A DNA stretch of 64,000 nucleotides from Vicinamibacterales bacterium (GTDB lineage: Bacteria; Acidobacteriota; Vicinamibacteria; Vicinamibacterales; UBA8438). The stretch spans positions 2,336,157 through 2,400,156 of the forward strand of contig OZ244130.1 in the NCBI GenBank assembly GCA_965215895.1, written 5' to 3'. Below are positions 49,032 through 57,416 of the stretch, one piece after another (position 1 is the stretch's first letter; each line of letters begins with the position of its first letter). The notes beneath the pieces are model-generated. The model worked only from the letters and a program-made list of their open reading frames with translations, searched no databases and was not told where the DNA came from. The position numbers were made by a program, and so were the translations under genes.

Positions 49032-49323
49032 CGGTCGACTCCGTTGAACGGCCCTTTGTAGCACATACCGCAGCGTCTGTCAGCTTCGCCGTGAGCGTCG
49101 TGCTGCCGCAAACGCACGTGACCCATCTGCTCGGCAAGTGTGCGGCGTCGGCTTCGGCGAGGGTGAAGCCAGTGGCGGAAGACCCGAGACGTGACCCCTC
49201 ACCCGCACCGTGGTGTCGAGCCGGCCCGCTGCGCGGCGGTGCGGTCCGGCCCGCTTCCCGCACTCGCGGGTGGTCAGCTCCCCGCCGGCACCCTGATGTA
49301 CGCTCTATGGTGGGAGCCGAATC

Positions 49324-49680
49324 GTGCTGACAACGGATCAGTTGCGCGCGTTGATCACCGATCGGGAGTCCGACCGCGTCGAGCTCACGATCTCGACGAC
49401 GAATACGGACAAGTTCGGCGAGGCGATCTGCGCCTTCGCCAACGACTTTCCCAATCACCGGCAGCCGGGGCACCTCATCGTCGGAGTCGGTGACGACGGA
49501 ACCGTCAGCGGTCTCACCGTCAACGACCAATTGCTGCGGAGACTTGGGGAGTTGCGCTCGAACGTCAACATCGAACCGCTTCCGGTCATGACCGTTCAGA
49601 GGTACGCCTTGCCCGAGGGCGAGGTGGCGGTGATCGAAGTCCTGCCATCGGAAACGGTAATCCGGAGGCGACATTCACGT
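49324..49680 (+). pseudogene. AlbA_2/Schlafen-type DNA-binding domain protein, N-terminal fragment
   Basis: LTTDQLRALITDRESDRVELTISTTNTDKFGEAICAFANDFPNHRQPGHLIVGVGDDGTVSGL...AVIEVLPSE. After this the frame degenerates and runs into the next gene. Confidence 0.5.
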
Positions 49681-49720
49681 TCGAGCCCTCCCATGTGCTG
49701 GCGACCATTCGGAGGGTGCC

Positions 49721-50730
49721 ATGAAGACGATCGCCTTCTTCAACAACAAGGGAGGAGTCGGCAAGACTACGCTGGTGTACCACTTGGCCTGGATGTACGC
49801 GGAGCTCGGATGTTCGGTGGTTGCCGCGGACCTCGACCCGCAGGCGAAGCTGAGCGCCGTGTTCCTCGATGAGGAACGGCTCGAACGATTGTGGCCTGAC
49901 GGCACGCATCACGACAGCATTCTCGGTGCGGTATCACCTATCCTGCGTGGTCTCGGGGACATCAGGGCGCCACATGTCGAGCAGATCGCCGACAACCTGG
50001 GCCTGGTCGTCGGCGATCTCGGATTGTCCAGCTTTGAGGCAAAGCTGTCCTCGGCGTGGCCGGACTGCCTGGGACGCGACGAGTCGGCGTTTCGCACCGA
50101 GTCCGCATTCCATCGGACCATTCTGAGAGCTGCAGAGGAGCAGAAGGCCGACTTGGCGTTGATCGACGTCGGTCCCAATCTCGGCGCCATCAACCGAGCG
50201 GCAATTATTGCGGCGAATTTCGTCGTCTTTCCGCTAGCCCCGGATCTGTTCTCCCTCCAGGCCCTCCGGAACGTCGGCCCGACCCTCCGCGAGTGGCGCA
50301 ACGAATGGCGGGATCGCCTGGAGCGCCGTCCGGAGGTTGAGCAGCTTGAGCTGCCGTTGGCCGATATCGTGCCGGGCGGCTATATCGTGATGCAGCACGC
50401 GGTGCGCGCGGGTCGTCCAGTTCAGGCGTACCAAAAGTGGATCGAGCGGATTCCGGACGTGTATCGCAGACAGGTAGTGCCTGACAAGCCGCCTGATGTG
50501 CATGGTGGCACAGGTTGCTCAACTGAAGACGACGAGGAGTGCCTTGCTACACTCAAGCACTACCGCAGCCTCTCATGGCCATGGCGCATGAGGCCCGCAA
50601 GCCGATGTTCCATCTGAAGGCAGCCGACGGCGCGCTTGGCGGTCACATCTACGCCGTGCAAGATTGCTACAGGGATTTCGAAAGGCTTGCGAAGGCAATA
50701 GCTGAGAAGTGTGGCGTGTGCATCAGCTGA
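49721..50730 (+). pseudogene. ParA/MinD-like ATPase with a frameshift near 50573-50575
   Basis: Deviant Walker A (FFNNKGGVGKTTLVYHLA). ORF 49721..50617 ends ...LATLKHYRSL, then junk. ORF 50539..50730 continues MAMAHEARKPMFHLKAADGALGGHIYAVQDCYRDFERLAKAIAEKCG in the adjacent frame. This is consistent with a 1-nt indel, or with a sequencing error. Confidence 0.6.
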
Positions 50731-50775
50731 AGGGATCCGTCTGGAAGAGTCTCACCCCGTCGATCTGGTTCAGGT

Positions 50776-52323
50776 TCACTCCCGCGGCTCGTCGCCGGCC
50801 ATCTGCAGCGCACCCTTCGCGACGAGCACCGACAGCGCGCCCAGGAAGTCCGGCAGCGGCGCCGGGGGGCAGACGCGGTTGTAGGCCTCGTAGAGGTCCG
50901 GGACCTGCCGGTGGAGCGGCGCCAGCTCGACCACCCGGACGAGGTCGATGTCGCGGAGGAAACGGAGGCCCCGGGCGGCGTCGGCGTCCGGCCAGCCGGG
51001 GACGACTAGCCGGTCCTCCAGGACGATCCGCCGGGCGGTGATGGCGGGGCGGCGGACGACCGCGAGCCGCTCGCCGCGCTGGAGACGCAGGGCCGGGGCC
51101 CGCCGGAGGGCCTCGAAGGCGGCGAGGACGGCGGGGTCCCGGCGGAGGGCGTCGACGGCCGGCTCGGGGGGTGCGAGGGGCGCCGCCTCCGGCATGTCGG
51201 CCTCGGCGCGGTCGGTCCAGAACGGATGCTCGTGCCGGCCCGCCGCCTCCGCGAAGAACTCGGCCGACTGCCGCTCGAGGGCGGCGTGCATCTCCCGCTC
51301 CCGCTCGTCGAACAGGTCGAGCGCGACCCCCGCCAGTCCGGCGTCGGTCAGCGCGGTGTGGGCCACGACGGCGGCCAGCCACCCCGACGCCAGGGCCTTC
51401 TTGACGCCGTAGGAAGACAGCGGGTCGATGAACGAGCCGGCGTCGCCGACCAGCAGCATGCCGGGGGCCCCGTAGGCATGCGCGTGGTAGACGGAGGCGT
51501 CGCATCCCCAAGGCTCGACGTCGAGGGCGGCCCCGGCGGTCAGCCGGCCGAGAACCGCGGTCTTGGCGAGCTCCGCGTCGTAGCAGGGGGCGAGAGGCCC
51601 GCCGCGCTCCAGGCGGGTGACCCGGGGGTCCACCATCAGGGTGAAGTAGCGCTGCTCCGCCGTCACCGGGACCGACCACGCCCACCCGTCCCCGTAGCTC
51701 TCGACCAGGGTGTGGGACTCGTCGTCGAGGCCCCAGCCGCCCGGCCGCGACCACACCGCGGTGAGGGCCAGCGTCGTGCGCTCGGCTGCGTGCCGGCGAA
51801 ATCCGCGCCGCGCGACGATCCCGGCCCGGCCCGAGCAGTCCAGCACGAACCGCGCCCGAAGCGACCGGGCGGCGCCGCCGGCGAGGTAGCGGGTCGAGGA
51901 CTCCGCGGCTCCGGCCGGGGCGGACGGGGGCGCCAGGTCGACCTGGCGCACGACGGCGTCGGCCTCGACGGCGGCTCCGGCCTGCGCCGCGAGGCGCAGC
52001 AGCAGGCGGTCGAGCTCGCTGCGCCGCACCTGCCACCCGATTCCGCCCCCCGCGAACCGCACCGCCCGCGGACCCTGTCCGCCCCACCACACCGTGTTCC
52101 CGGTGCTGCGCAGGAAGCCTGCCGCCTCGACGTCCCCGGTCACACCAATCAGGTCGAACAGCTTGCGGCAGCTCGGCGGCAGGGACTCGCCCAGGGTGCG
52201 GGCGTCGTCCGCCGGCTTCGCCAGCACCTGCACCGAGTGGCCCCAGGCGGCGAGCAGGCGGGCCGCGGCCGAGCCGGCGGGGCCGCCCCCGATGACGACG
52301 ACGTCGAGGGGCGACGGACTCAT
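50776..52323 (-). CDS. qhpG: FAD-dependent monooxygenase (QhpG-like / halogenase-like fold)
   Basis: ATG 52323 in ORF 50776..52518. It has a dinucleotide motif (VVVIGGGPAGSAAARLLA) and GDAGSFIDPLSSYGV. Assignment to qhpG rests on context. Confidence 0.6.
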   Translation of the reverse strand: MSPSPLDVVVIGGGPAGSAAARLLAAWGHSVQVLAKPADDARTLGESLPPSCRKLFDLIGVTGDVEAAGFLRSTGNTVWWGGQGPRAVRFAGGGIGWQVRRSELDRLLLRLAAQAGAAVEADAVVRQVDLAPPSAPAGAAESSTRYLAGGAARSLRARFVLDCSGRAGIVARRGFRRHAAERTTLALTAVWSRPGGWGLDDESHTLVESYGDGWAWSVPVTAEQRYFTLMVDPRVTRLERGGPLAPCYDAELAKTAVLGRLTAGAALDVEPWGCDASVYHAHAYGAPGMLLVGDAGSFIDPLSSYGVKKALASGWLAAVVAHTALTDAGLAGVALDLFDEREREMHAALERQSAEFFAEAAGRHEHPFWTDRAEADMPEAAPLAPPEPAVDALRRDPAVLAAFEALRRAPALRLQRGERLAVVRRPAITARRIVLEDRLVVPGWPDADAARGLRFLRDIDLVRVVELAPLHRQVPDLYEAYNRVCPPAPLPDFLGALSVLVAKGALQMAGDEPRE

Positions 52324-52696
52324 CGCGCCATTGTGGCCGAATCCAGCGGAGCGGTGGTAGAACCCGCGTCGTTGTAGAGCCCCGCGAGGACGCCCGCGGG
52401 CGGAAGGCGCCCGGTCATCAGGCGGCGACGGAGCCGTCGGGCGCGGTGACCGGGGGAATGATCCGGTCAGGGGGAATGACGATGCGCCGCGGGTCGGAAT
52501 CGTCCGGGCTTCTCCCACGGCGAGCGGGCCTGGCCGTCCGCGTGATCGTGGCCGCCGGTTCTCCCGCCGCCCCGGCCGCGGCGCCCCCCCTCCGGCGGCG
52601 CGTCTTCACTTCCCGACCGATGCTCCAGGGTCCGACGTCGCCGAAAGGGTGCAGATCCCTTAGTCGGAGACGCCGGTTCGGCATATTCTTTCACCC

Positions 52697-54490
52697 GTGC
52701 TCGACCCGCACTTTCGGCGCGCGCTGTCCTATCTGAGGCCCTACCGGCGGCAATTGCTCCTGGTGGTGGTGCTCAGCCTCGTCTCCACCGCCTTCTCGCT
52801 GCTGGTGCCGCTGCTGTCCCGCACGCTGGTCGACGGCGCGATTCTCGCCGGTGACGCCGGCGCCCTGCGCCTGGTGGTGCTGCTGTTCGTCGCGGTCACC
52901 GCGGCCGGGTTCGGGCTGAACGTCTGGAGCGGGCTGCGCTACACCCGGGTGTCGGCCGACATCCTCTTCGACATGCGCCTGGCCCTCTACCGCCATCTGC
53001 AGCGGTTGTCGCCGCGGTTCCACGCGCGGACCCGGTTCGGCGACATCATGTCGCGGTTGAACAACGACATCGGCGAGATTCAGCGGGTGGCGTCCGAGGT
53101 GGTGCTGGCATGGGTGGGGAACGTGCTGTTCCTCGTCGGGGCGGTCGTCATGCTGGCCTACCTGGACCTGCGGCTGCTGCTGCTCGGCACCGCGGCGCTC
53201 CCCGTCAGCATCTGGGCCCTCGTGCACTACCGGCGCCGCCTCGAGACGCGGGTCGCGGTGCTGCGCGAGCGGAGCGCCGACATCGGCAGCTTCCTCATCG
53301 AGACCCTGCAGGGGGTCCGGCTGGTCGTCGCCGCCAACGCGCAGGAACGCGAGGTGCGGCGTTTTCGCGGCCGGAACGACCGGTTCATCGACGCCCTGAT
53401 GGCGATGCAGTGGACGACCTATCTGTCGGGCGGCCTGCCCGGGCTGGTGCTGTCGGGCAGCACCGCGCTGGTGTTTCTCTACGGCGGCCAGCGGGTCATC
53501 GACGGGACGCTGACGCTGGGCACGCTCGTGGCGTTCATGGCCTATCAACTGCGGCTGTTCGGGCCCGTGCAGGCGTTGATGGGGCTGTACGCGAGCCTCG
53601 CGACGGTGCGCGTGTCGCTGGGCCGGGTGCACGAGATCCTGGACGTGGAGCCGGAGGTGGTCGAGCTCCCGTCGGCGACGGCGCTGCCCGCGGTGCGCGG
53701 CGAGCTGGAGCTGGACGACGTCACCTTGTCGTTCGATCGCGGCTCGCCGGTGCTCGAGCACGTCACGCTGAAGGCGCCGGCGGGCGCCTGCCTCGCCATC
53801 GTCGGCCCGAGCGGCGGCGGGAAGAGCACCATCGCCGACCTCGTGCTGCGGTTCCTCGACCCCGACGCGGGGACCGTGCGCCTCGACGGGCAGGACCTGC
53901 GGGCGCTCAGGCTGCGCGATCTGCGGGCGCAGGTCGCGCTCGTCGAGCAGGAGCCGGCGGTGTTCCACGCCTCGATCGCCGACAACATCCGGTATGCGCG
54001 TCCGGATGCGACCGACGAGGAGGTCCGGGCCGCGGCCGGCGCGGCGGGGTTGGCGGGGCTGCTGGCGTCGTTGCCGGACGGCTACGCGACTCTGGTGGGA
54101 GAGCGCGGGGCGGCGCTGTCGGCGGGCGAGCGGCAGCGGCTGGCGGTGGCGCGGGCGTTGCTGACGGCTCCGGCGGTGCTGGTTCTCGACGAGCCCACGG
54201 CGGCCCTCGATCCCGAATCGGAGCAGCAGGTGGCCGAGGGGTTCGAGACGGTCATGCGGGGGCGCACCACCGTTCTCATCACCCATCGGGCGGCTCTCGC
54301 GCGGCGCGCGGATCGGGTCGCGGTCCTCGACGGCGCGCGCGTCGTCGAGGACGGCGCCCCCGACGAGCTGATGGCGCGGGGCGGCCGGTTCGCGCAGTTG
54401 TTCGCGGCCGGCCGCGAGTCGCGCGGCGCGGGCGCGCCGGCGCCGGGGGATGGCGCAGGCCGACGTGACGGGACGGATGCACCAGGGTAG
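52697..54490 (+). CDS. qhpF: ABC exporter, fused permease/ATPase (QhpF-like)
   Basis: 597 aa with Walker A (GPSGGGKST), LSAGERQRLAVARAL, and VLVLDEPTAALD. It is adjacent to the small subtilase. Confidence 0.7.
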   Translation: MLDPHFRRALSYLRPYRRQLLLVVVLSLVSTAFSLLVPLLSRTLVDGAILAGDAGALRLVVLLFVAVTAAGFGLNVWSGLRYTRVSADILFDMRLALYRHLQRLSPRFHARTRFGDIMSRLNNDIGEIQRVASEVVLAWVGNVLFLVGAVVMLAYLDLRLLLLGTAALPVSIWALVHYRRRLETRVAVLRERSADIGSFLIETLQGVRLVVAANAQEREVRRFRGRNDRFIDALMAMQWTTYLSGGLPGLVLSGSTALVFLYGGQRVIDGTLTLGTLVAFMAYQLRLFGPVQALMGLYASLATVRVSLGRVHEILDVEPEVVELPSATALPAVRGELELDDVTLSFDRGSPVLEHVTLKAPAGACLAIVGPSGGGKSTIADLVLRFLDPDAGTVRLDGQDLRALRLRDLRAQVALVEQEPAVFHASIADNIRYARPDATDEEVRAAAGAAGLAGLLASLPDGYATLVGERGAALSAGERQRLAVARALLTAPAVLVLDEPTAALDPESEQQVAEGFETVMRGRTTVLITHRAALARRADRVAVLDGARVVEDGAPDELMARGGRFAQLFAAGRESRGAGAPAPGDGAGRRDGTDAPG

Positions 54491-54550
54491 TGCCGCGGCG
54501 GGGCGGTCGAATCGAGAATCGGTCAGGGCGCGGGAGCGGGGGAGACGGGC

Positions 54551-55246
54551 TTGGGCGGGACGCGGCCGGTACGGGTGGCGGTGGTGGACAGCGGCGTCAA
54601 TCCGTCGCATCCGCACATCGGATGCGTCGCGGGCGGCCTGACCGTCGTGCCCGGCGCGGCGAACGGCGGCGACTTCCTCGATCGGGTCGGTCACGGGACG
54701 GCGGTGACCGCGGCCATCCAGGAACGCGCGCCGGGGGCCGACCTGTTCATCGTGAAGGTCTTCGACCGGGCGCTGTCCGCGTCCATCGACACCCTGGTGG
54801 CAGGTATCGACGCCGCGTGGCGGCACGGCGCCGATCTCATCAATCTCAGCCTGGGCACCCCGAACCGCGCGCATGCCGCGGCGCTGCGCGCCGCCGCGGA
54901 CCGGGCCGCGGAGGCGGGGGCGCTGATCGTCACCGCGGGACGTCACGAAGAGGCGGCGTATCTGCCGGGAATCCTGGACGGCGTCGTGGCGGTCGAGCTC
55001 GATTGGGCCTGCCCGCGGCTGTCCGTCGAGGTGGGAACGGACGCGGACCACCGGCCCGTCTGCCGGGCGTCCGGCTATCCCCGGCCGGCGCCGGGCATCC
55101 CGCCGGAACGGAATCTCAAGGGCCTGAGCTTCGCGGTGGCCAACGTCACCGGCGTTCTGGCCCGGACGTTGACGGGCGGTTGCCGCCCCACCGCGGACAC
55201 CGCGCTGGCCGCGCTGCGCGGCGCGGCCGACCGCCCGCGCCATTGA
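54551..55246 (+). CDS. qhpE: Small subtilisin-like S8 serine peptidase (QhpE-like leader peptidase)
   Basis: 231 aa with the Asp (VAVVDSGV), His (GHGTAVTAAI) and Ser (KGLSFAVANVTG) triad motifs in subtilase order. Confidence 0.7.
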   Translation: MGGTRPVRVAVVDSGVNPSHPHIGCVAGGLTVVPGAANGGDFLDRVGHGTAVTAAIQERAPGADLFIVKVFDRALSASIDTLVAGIDAAWRHGADLINLSLGTPNRAHAAALRAAADRAAEAGALIVTAGRHEEAAYLPGILDGVVAVELDWACPRLSVEVGTDADHRPVCRASGYPRPAPGIPPERNLKGLSFAVANVTGVLARTLTGGCRPTADTALAALRGAADRPRH

Positions 55247-55356
55247 CCGGGCCGCACCGTCCGGGGGTCTTGGTCGGCTCTTTCCGCGCCGGGGGTCGGA
55301 GACCGAGGACGCGGCGGAAGCGTCCGGGGGGAATCGCGGCCGCGGTCGACACGCCA

Positions 55357-56742
55357 ATGGGGGACGGACGGCTGGCCGGATCGTCATGCGGGAACCCGAA
55401 CGCCGCCCCGCGGCGCTGGCGGGCGTTGCCACGGTGGACGAAGCGGTGCGTTCGCCTCTCGTTTCTTTCCCGGCAGGCCGGTTTCGTCGTTCTTGCGGTC
55501 GTCGTCGGCATGCTGACCGGCTGGGGTGCGGCCGGCTTCATTCTGCTGCTCGACGGAATCGCCGGTTTCGCCCGCGGCCCGGTCGCTGCGTCCCTCGGGT
55601 GGCTCGGTTCCGCCCATCTCGTGCTGCTTCCGGTGCTCGGCGGCCTGCTCGCCGGCCCGTTGATCCACCGTGTCGCCCAGGAGGCGCGCGGGCACGCGGT
55701 GCCGTTGGTGATGATGGCGCTGGCGCGGCGCGGCGGGAGGATTGTCAAACGGGTGGCGTCGGTCGATGTCATCGCGGCGTTGCTGACCATCGGTTTCGGG
55801 GGCGCCGCCGGCCGCGCGGGTCCGATCGTGCAGATCGGTTCCGCCATCGGCTCCGGGTTCGGGCAGCTCGCGAAGCTGCCGTCTCCGCGGGTTCGGACTC
55901 TGGTGGCCTGCGGCGCCGCGGCGGGCGTGGCCGCGACGTTCAACGCCCCGCTGGCCGGCGCGGCCTTCTCCCTGGAGATCGTCGTCGGACGCGTGCGGAC
56001 CGACGTACTGCTCGTCCTGCTGTCCTCGCTGATCTCCAGCCTGGTGGCGCGGCAGCTCCTGGGGAACGCCCCGGCGTTCAGCGTGCCCGCCCACGATCCG
56101 GTCAGCGTGGCCGAGCTGCCGCTCCATGCCCTGATGGGCGCGCTGATCGGTTGGGCCGCGGTGCTCCACGTGCGCGCCCTGTATCGGACCGAGGATCTGT
56201 TCGGTGCATGGCGTTTCCCCGGCGACCTGAAGCCCGCCGCCGGCGGCGGGCTCGCCGGCGTGGTGCTGTGGTGCTTTCCCGACGTCTACGGCGCGGGGTT
56301 TCCCGCCGTCGAGTCGGCGCTGGAGGCGGAGTTTTCCGGGAAGCTGCTGGCCGGGCTGTTCGCGGCGGCGTTTCTGGCGAACTGCGCGACCCTCGGGTCC
56401 GGCGGTTCGGGCGGCGTCTTCGGGCCGGGCCTCTATATGGGTGCCATGCTCGGGGGCGCGTGCGGCTCGCTGGCGCATACCCTGTTTCCGGCGTGGACGG
56501 CCGGCCCGGGCGCCTATGCAACGGTCGGGATGGCCGCGTTCTTCGCCGCGTCGGCGAAGGCCCCGGCCCCGGCCATCCTCCTTCTGTTCGAGATGACGCG
56601 CGACTACCGGATCCTGGCCCCGCTGCTGGCGGCTACCGCCGGCAGCGTCTACGTATCCCACCTCCTGTCGCGGTTCAGCATCTACACGCTGAAGCTGCAT
56701 CGCGGGGGCGTCGGCGAACGGGGTCGCCGATCGAAGGTGTGA
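55357..56742 (+). CDS. ClC-family voltage-gated chloride channel/antiporter
   Basis: ATG 55357 in ORF 54490..56742. Motifs: GFGGAAGRAGPIVQIGSAIG, GVAATFNAPLAGAAFSLE, GGSGGVFGPGLYMGA. Confidence 0.85.
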   Translation: MGDGRLAGSSCGNPNAAPRRWRALPRWTKRCVRLSFLSRQAGFVVLAVVVGMLTGWGAAGFILLLDGIAGFARGPVAASLGWLGSAHLVLLPVLGGLLAGPLIHRVAQEARGHAVPLVMMALARRGGRIVKRVASVDVIAALLTIGFGGAAGRAGPIVQIGSAIGSGFGQLAKLPSPRVRTLVACGAAAGVAATFNAPLAGAAFSLEIVVGRVRTDVLLVLLSSLISSLVARQLLGNAPAFSVPAHDPVSVAELPLHALMGALIGWAAVLHVRALYRTEDLFGAWRFPGDLKPAAGGGLAGVVLWCFPDVYGAGFPAVESALEAEFSGKLLAGLFAAAFLANCATLGSGGSGGVFGPGLYMGAMLGGACGSLAHTLFPAWTAGPGAYATVGMAAFFAASAKAPAPAILLLFEMTRDYRILAPLLAATAGSVYVSHLLSRFSIYTLKLHRGGVGERGRRSKV

Positions 56743-56868
56743 GGCTGTTCAGGATCGAGTACCCGGACTGGTTCTGAACATGCCGCGTTGAGTACCGGTT
56801 TCCCGCGGTTGAGCTCGCGGATTGGTCGACAATCCCGATCCATGGCCGTGCTCGAGGTGCCCGTCAGA

Positions 56869-56892
56869 CCTTCTTGACCCCGGTCAAGAAGG
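56869..56892 (+). terminator. Strong hairpin downstream of the ClC gene
   Basis: CCTTCTTGAC-CCCG-GTCAAGAAGG has a perfect 10-bp stem. No U-tract follows, so terminator function is uncertain. Confidence 0.3.
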
Positions 56893-56982
56893 CTGGGCCT
56901 CCTGCCGGGCCTCGGGACCGTAAAGGTTGACACTCTACCTGAACGGTGGCTCAATGGTAGCCACTCTACTGGAGGTGCCCCG

Positions 56983-57345
56983 GTGACGCCGCGACGCGAC
57001 GATCAGCTCGACTTGCTGCAGGGGACGTTGGACATGCTGATTCTGCGGACGCTGGGGAGCGGCCCCGCGCACGGGCATCAGATCGCGACGGTCATCGAGC
57101 GCGGCTCCGACGACGTCCTCCGGGTGGACCACGGCTCGCTCTACCCGGCCCTGAACCGGCTGATGCGCCGGGGATTCATCACCGCGGCCTGGGGCACGTC
57201 GTCGAACAACCGGCGGGCGAAGTTCTACACCCTGACCGCGGCCGGCCGCCGGCAGCTCCTGCGGGAAGCGACGAAATGGGAGCGGATGGTCGAGGCGGTG
57301 GGCCGCATCATGCTTCCGGCCGGCGTCCGCGAGTCCGGCTCGTAG
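56983..57345 (+). CDS. PadR-family transcriptional regulator
   Basis: [82 protein letters not shown]. Confidence 0.9.
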   Translation: MTPRRDDQLDLLQGTLDMLILRTLGSGPAHGHQIATVIERGSDDVLRVDHGSLYPALNRLMRRGFITAAWGTSSNNRRAKFYTLTAAGRRQLLREATKWERMVEAVGRIMLPAGVRESGS

Positions 57346-57416
57346 AACGGCGCGACTCCGATTGCCGGGCTGGGAGCTGTTGTCGAGCTCGGTGTTGCAC
57401 CCGGAAGGAGTGACCG

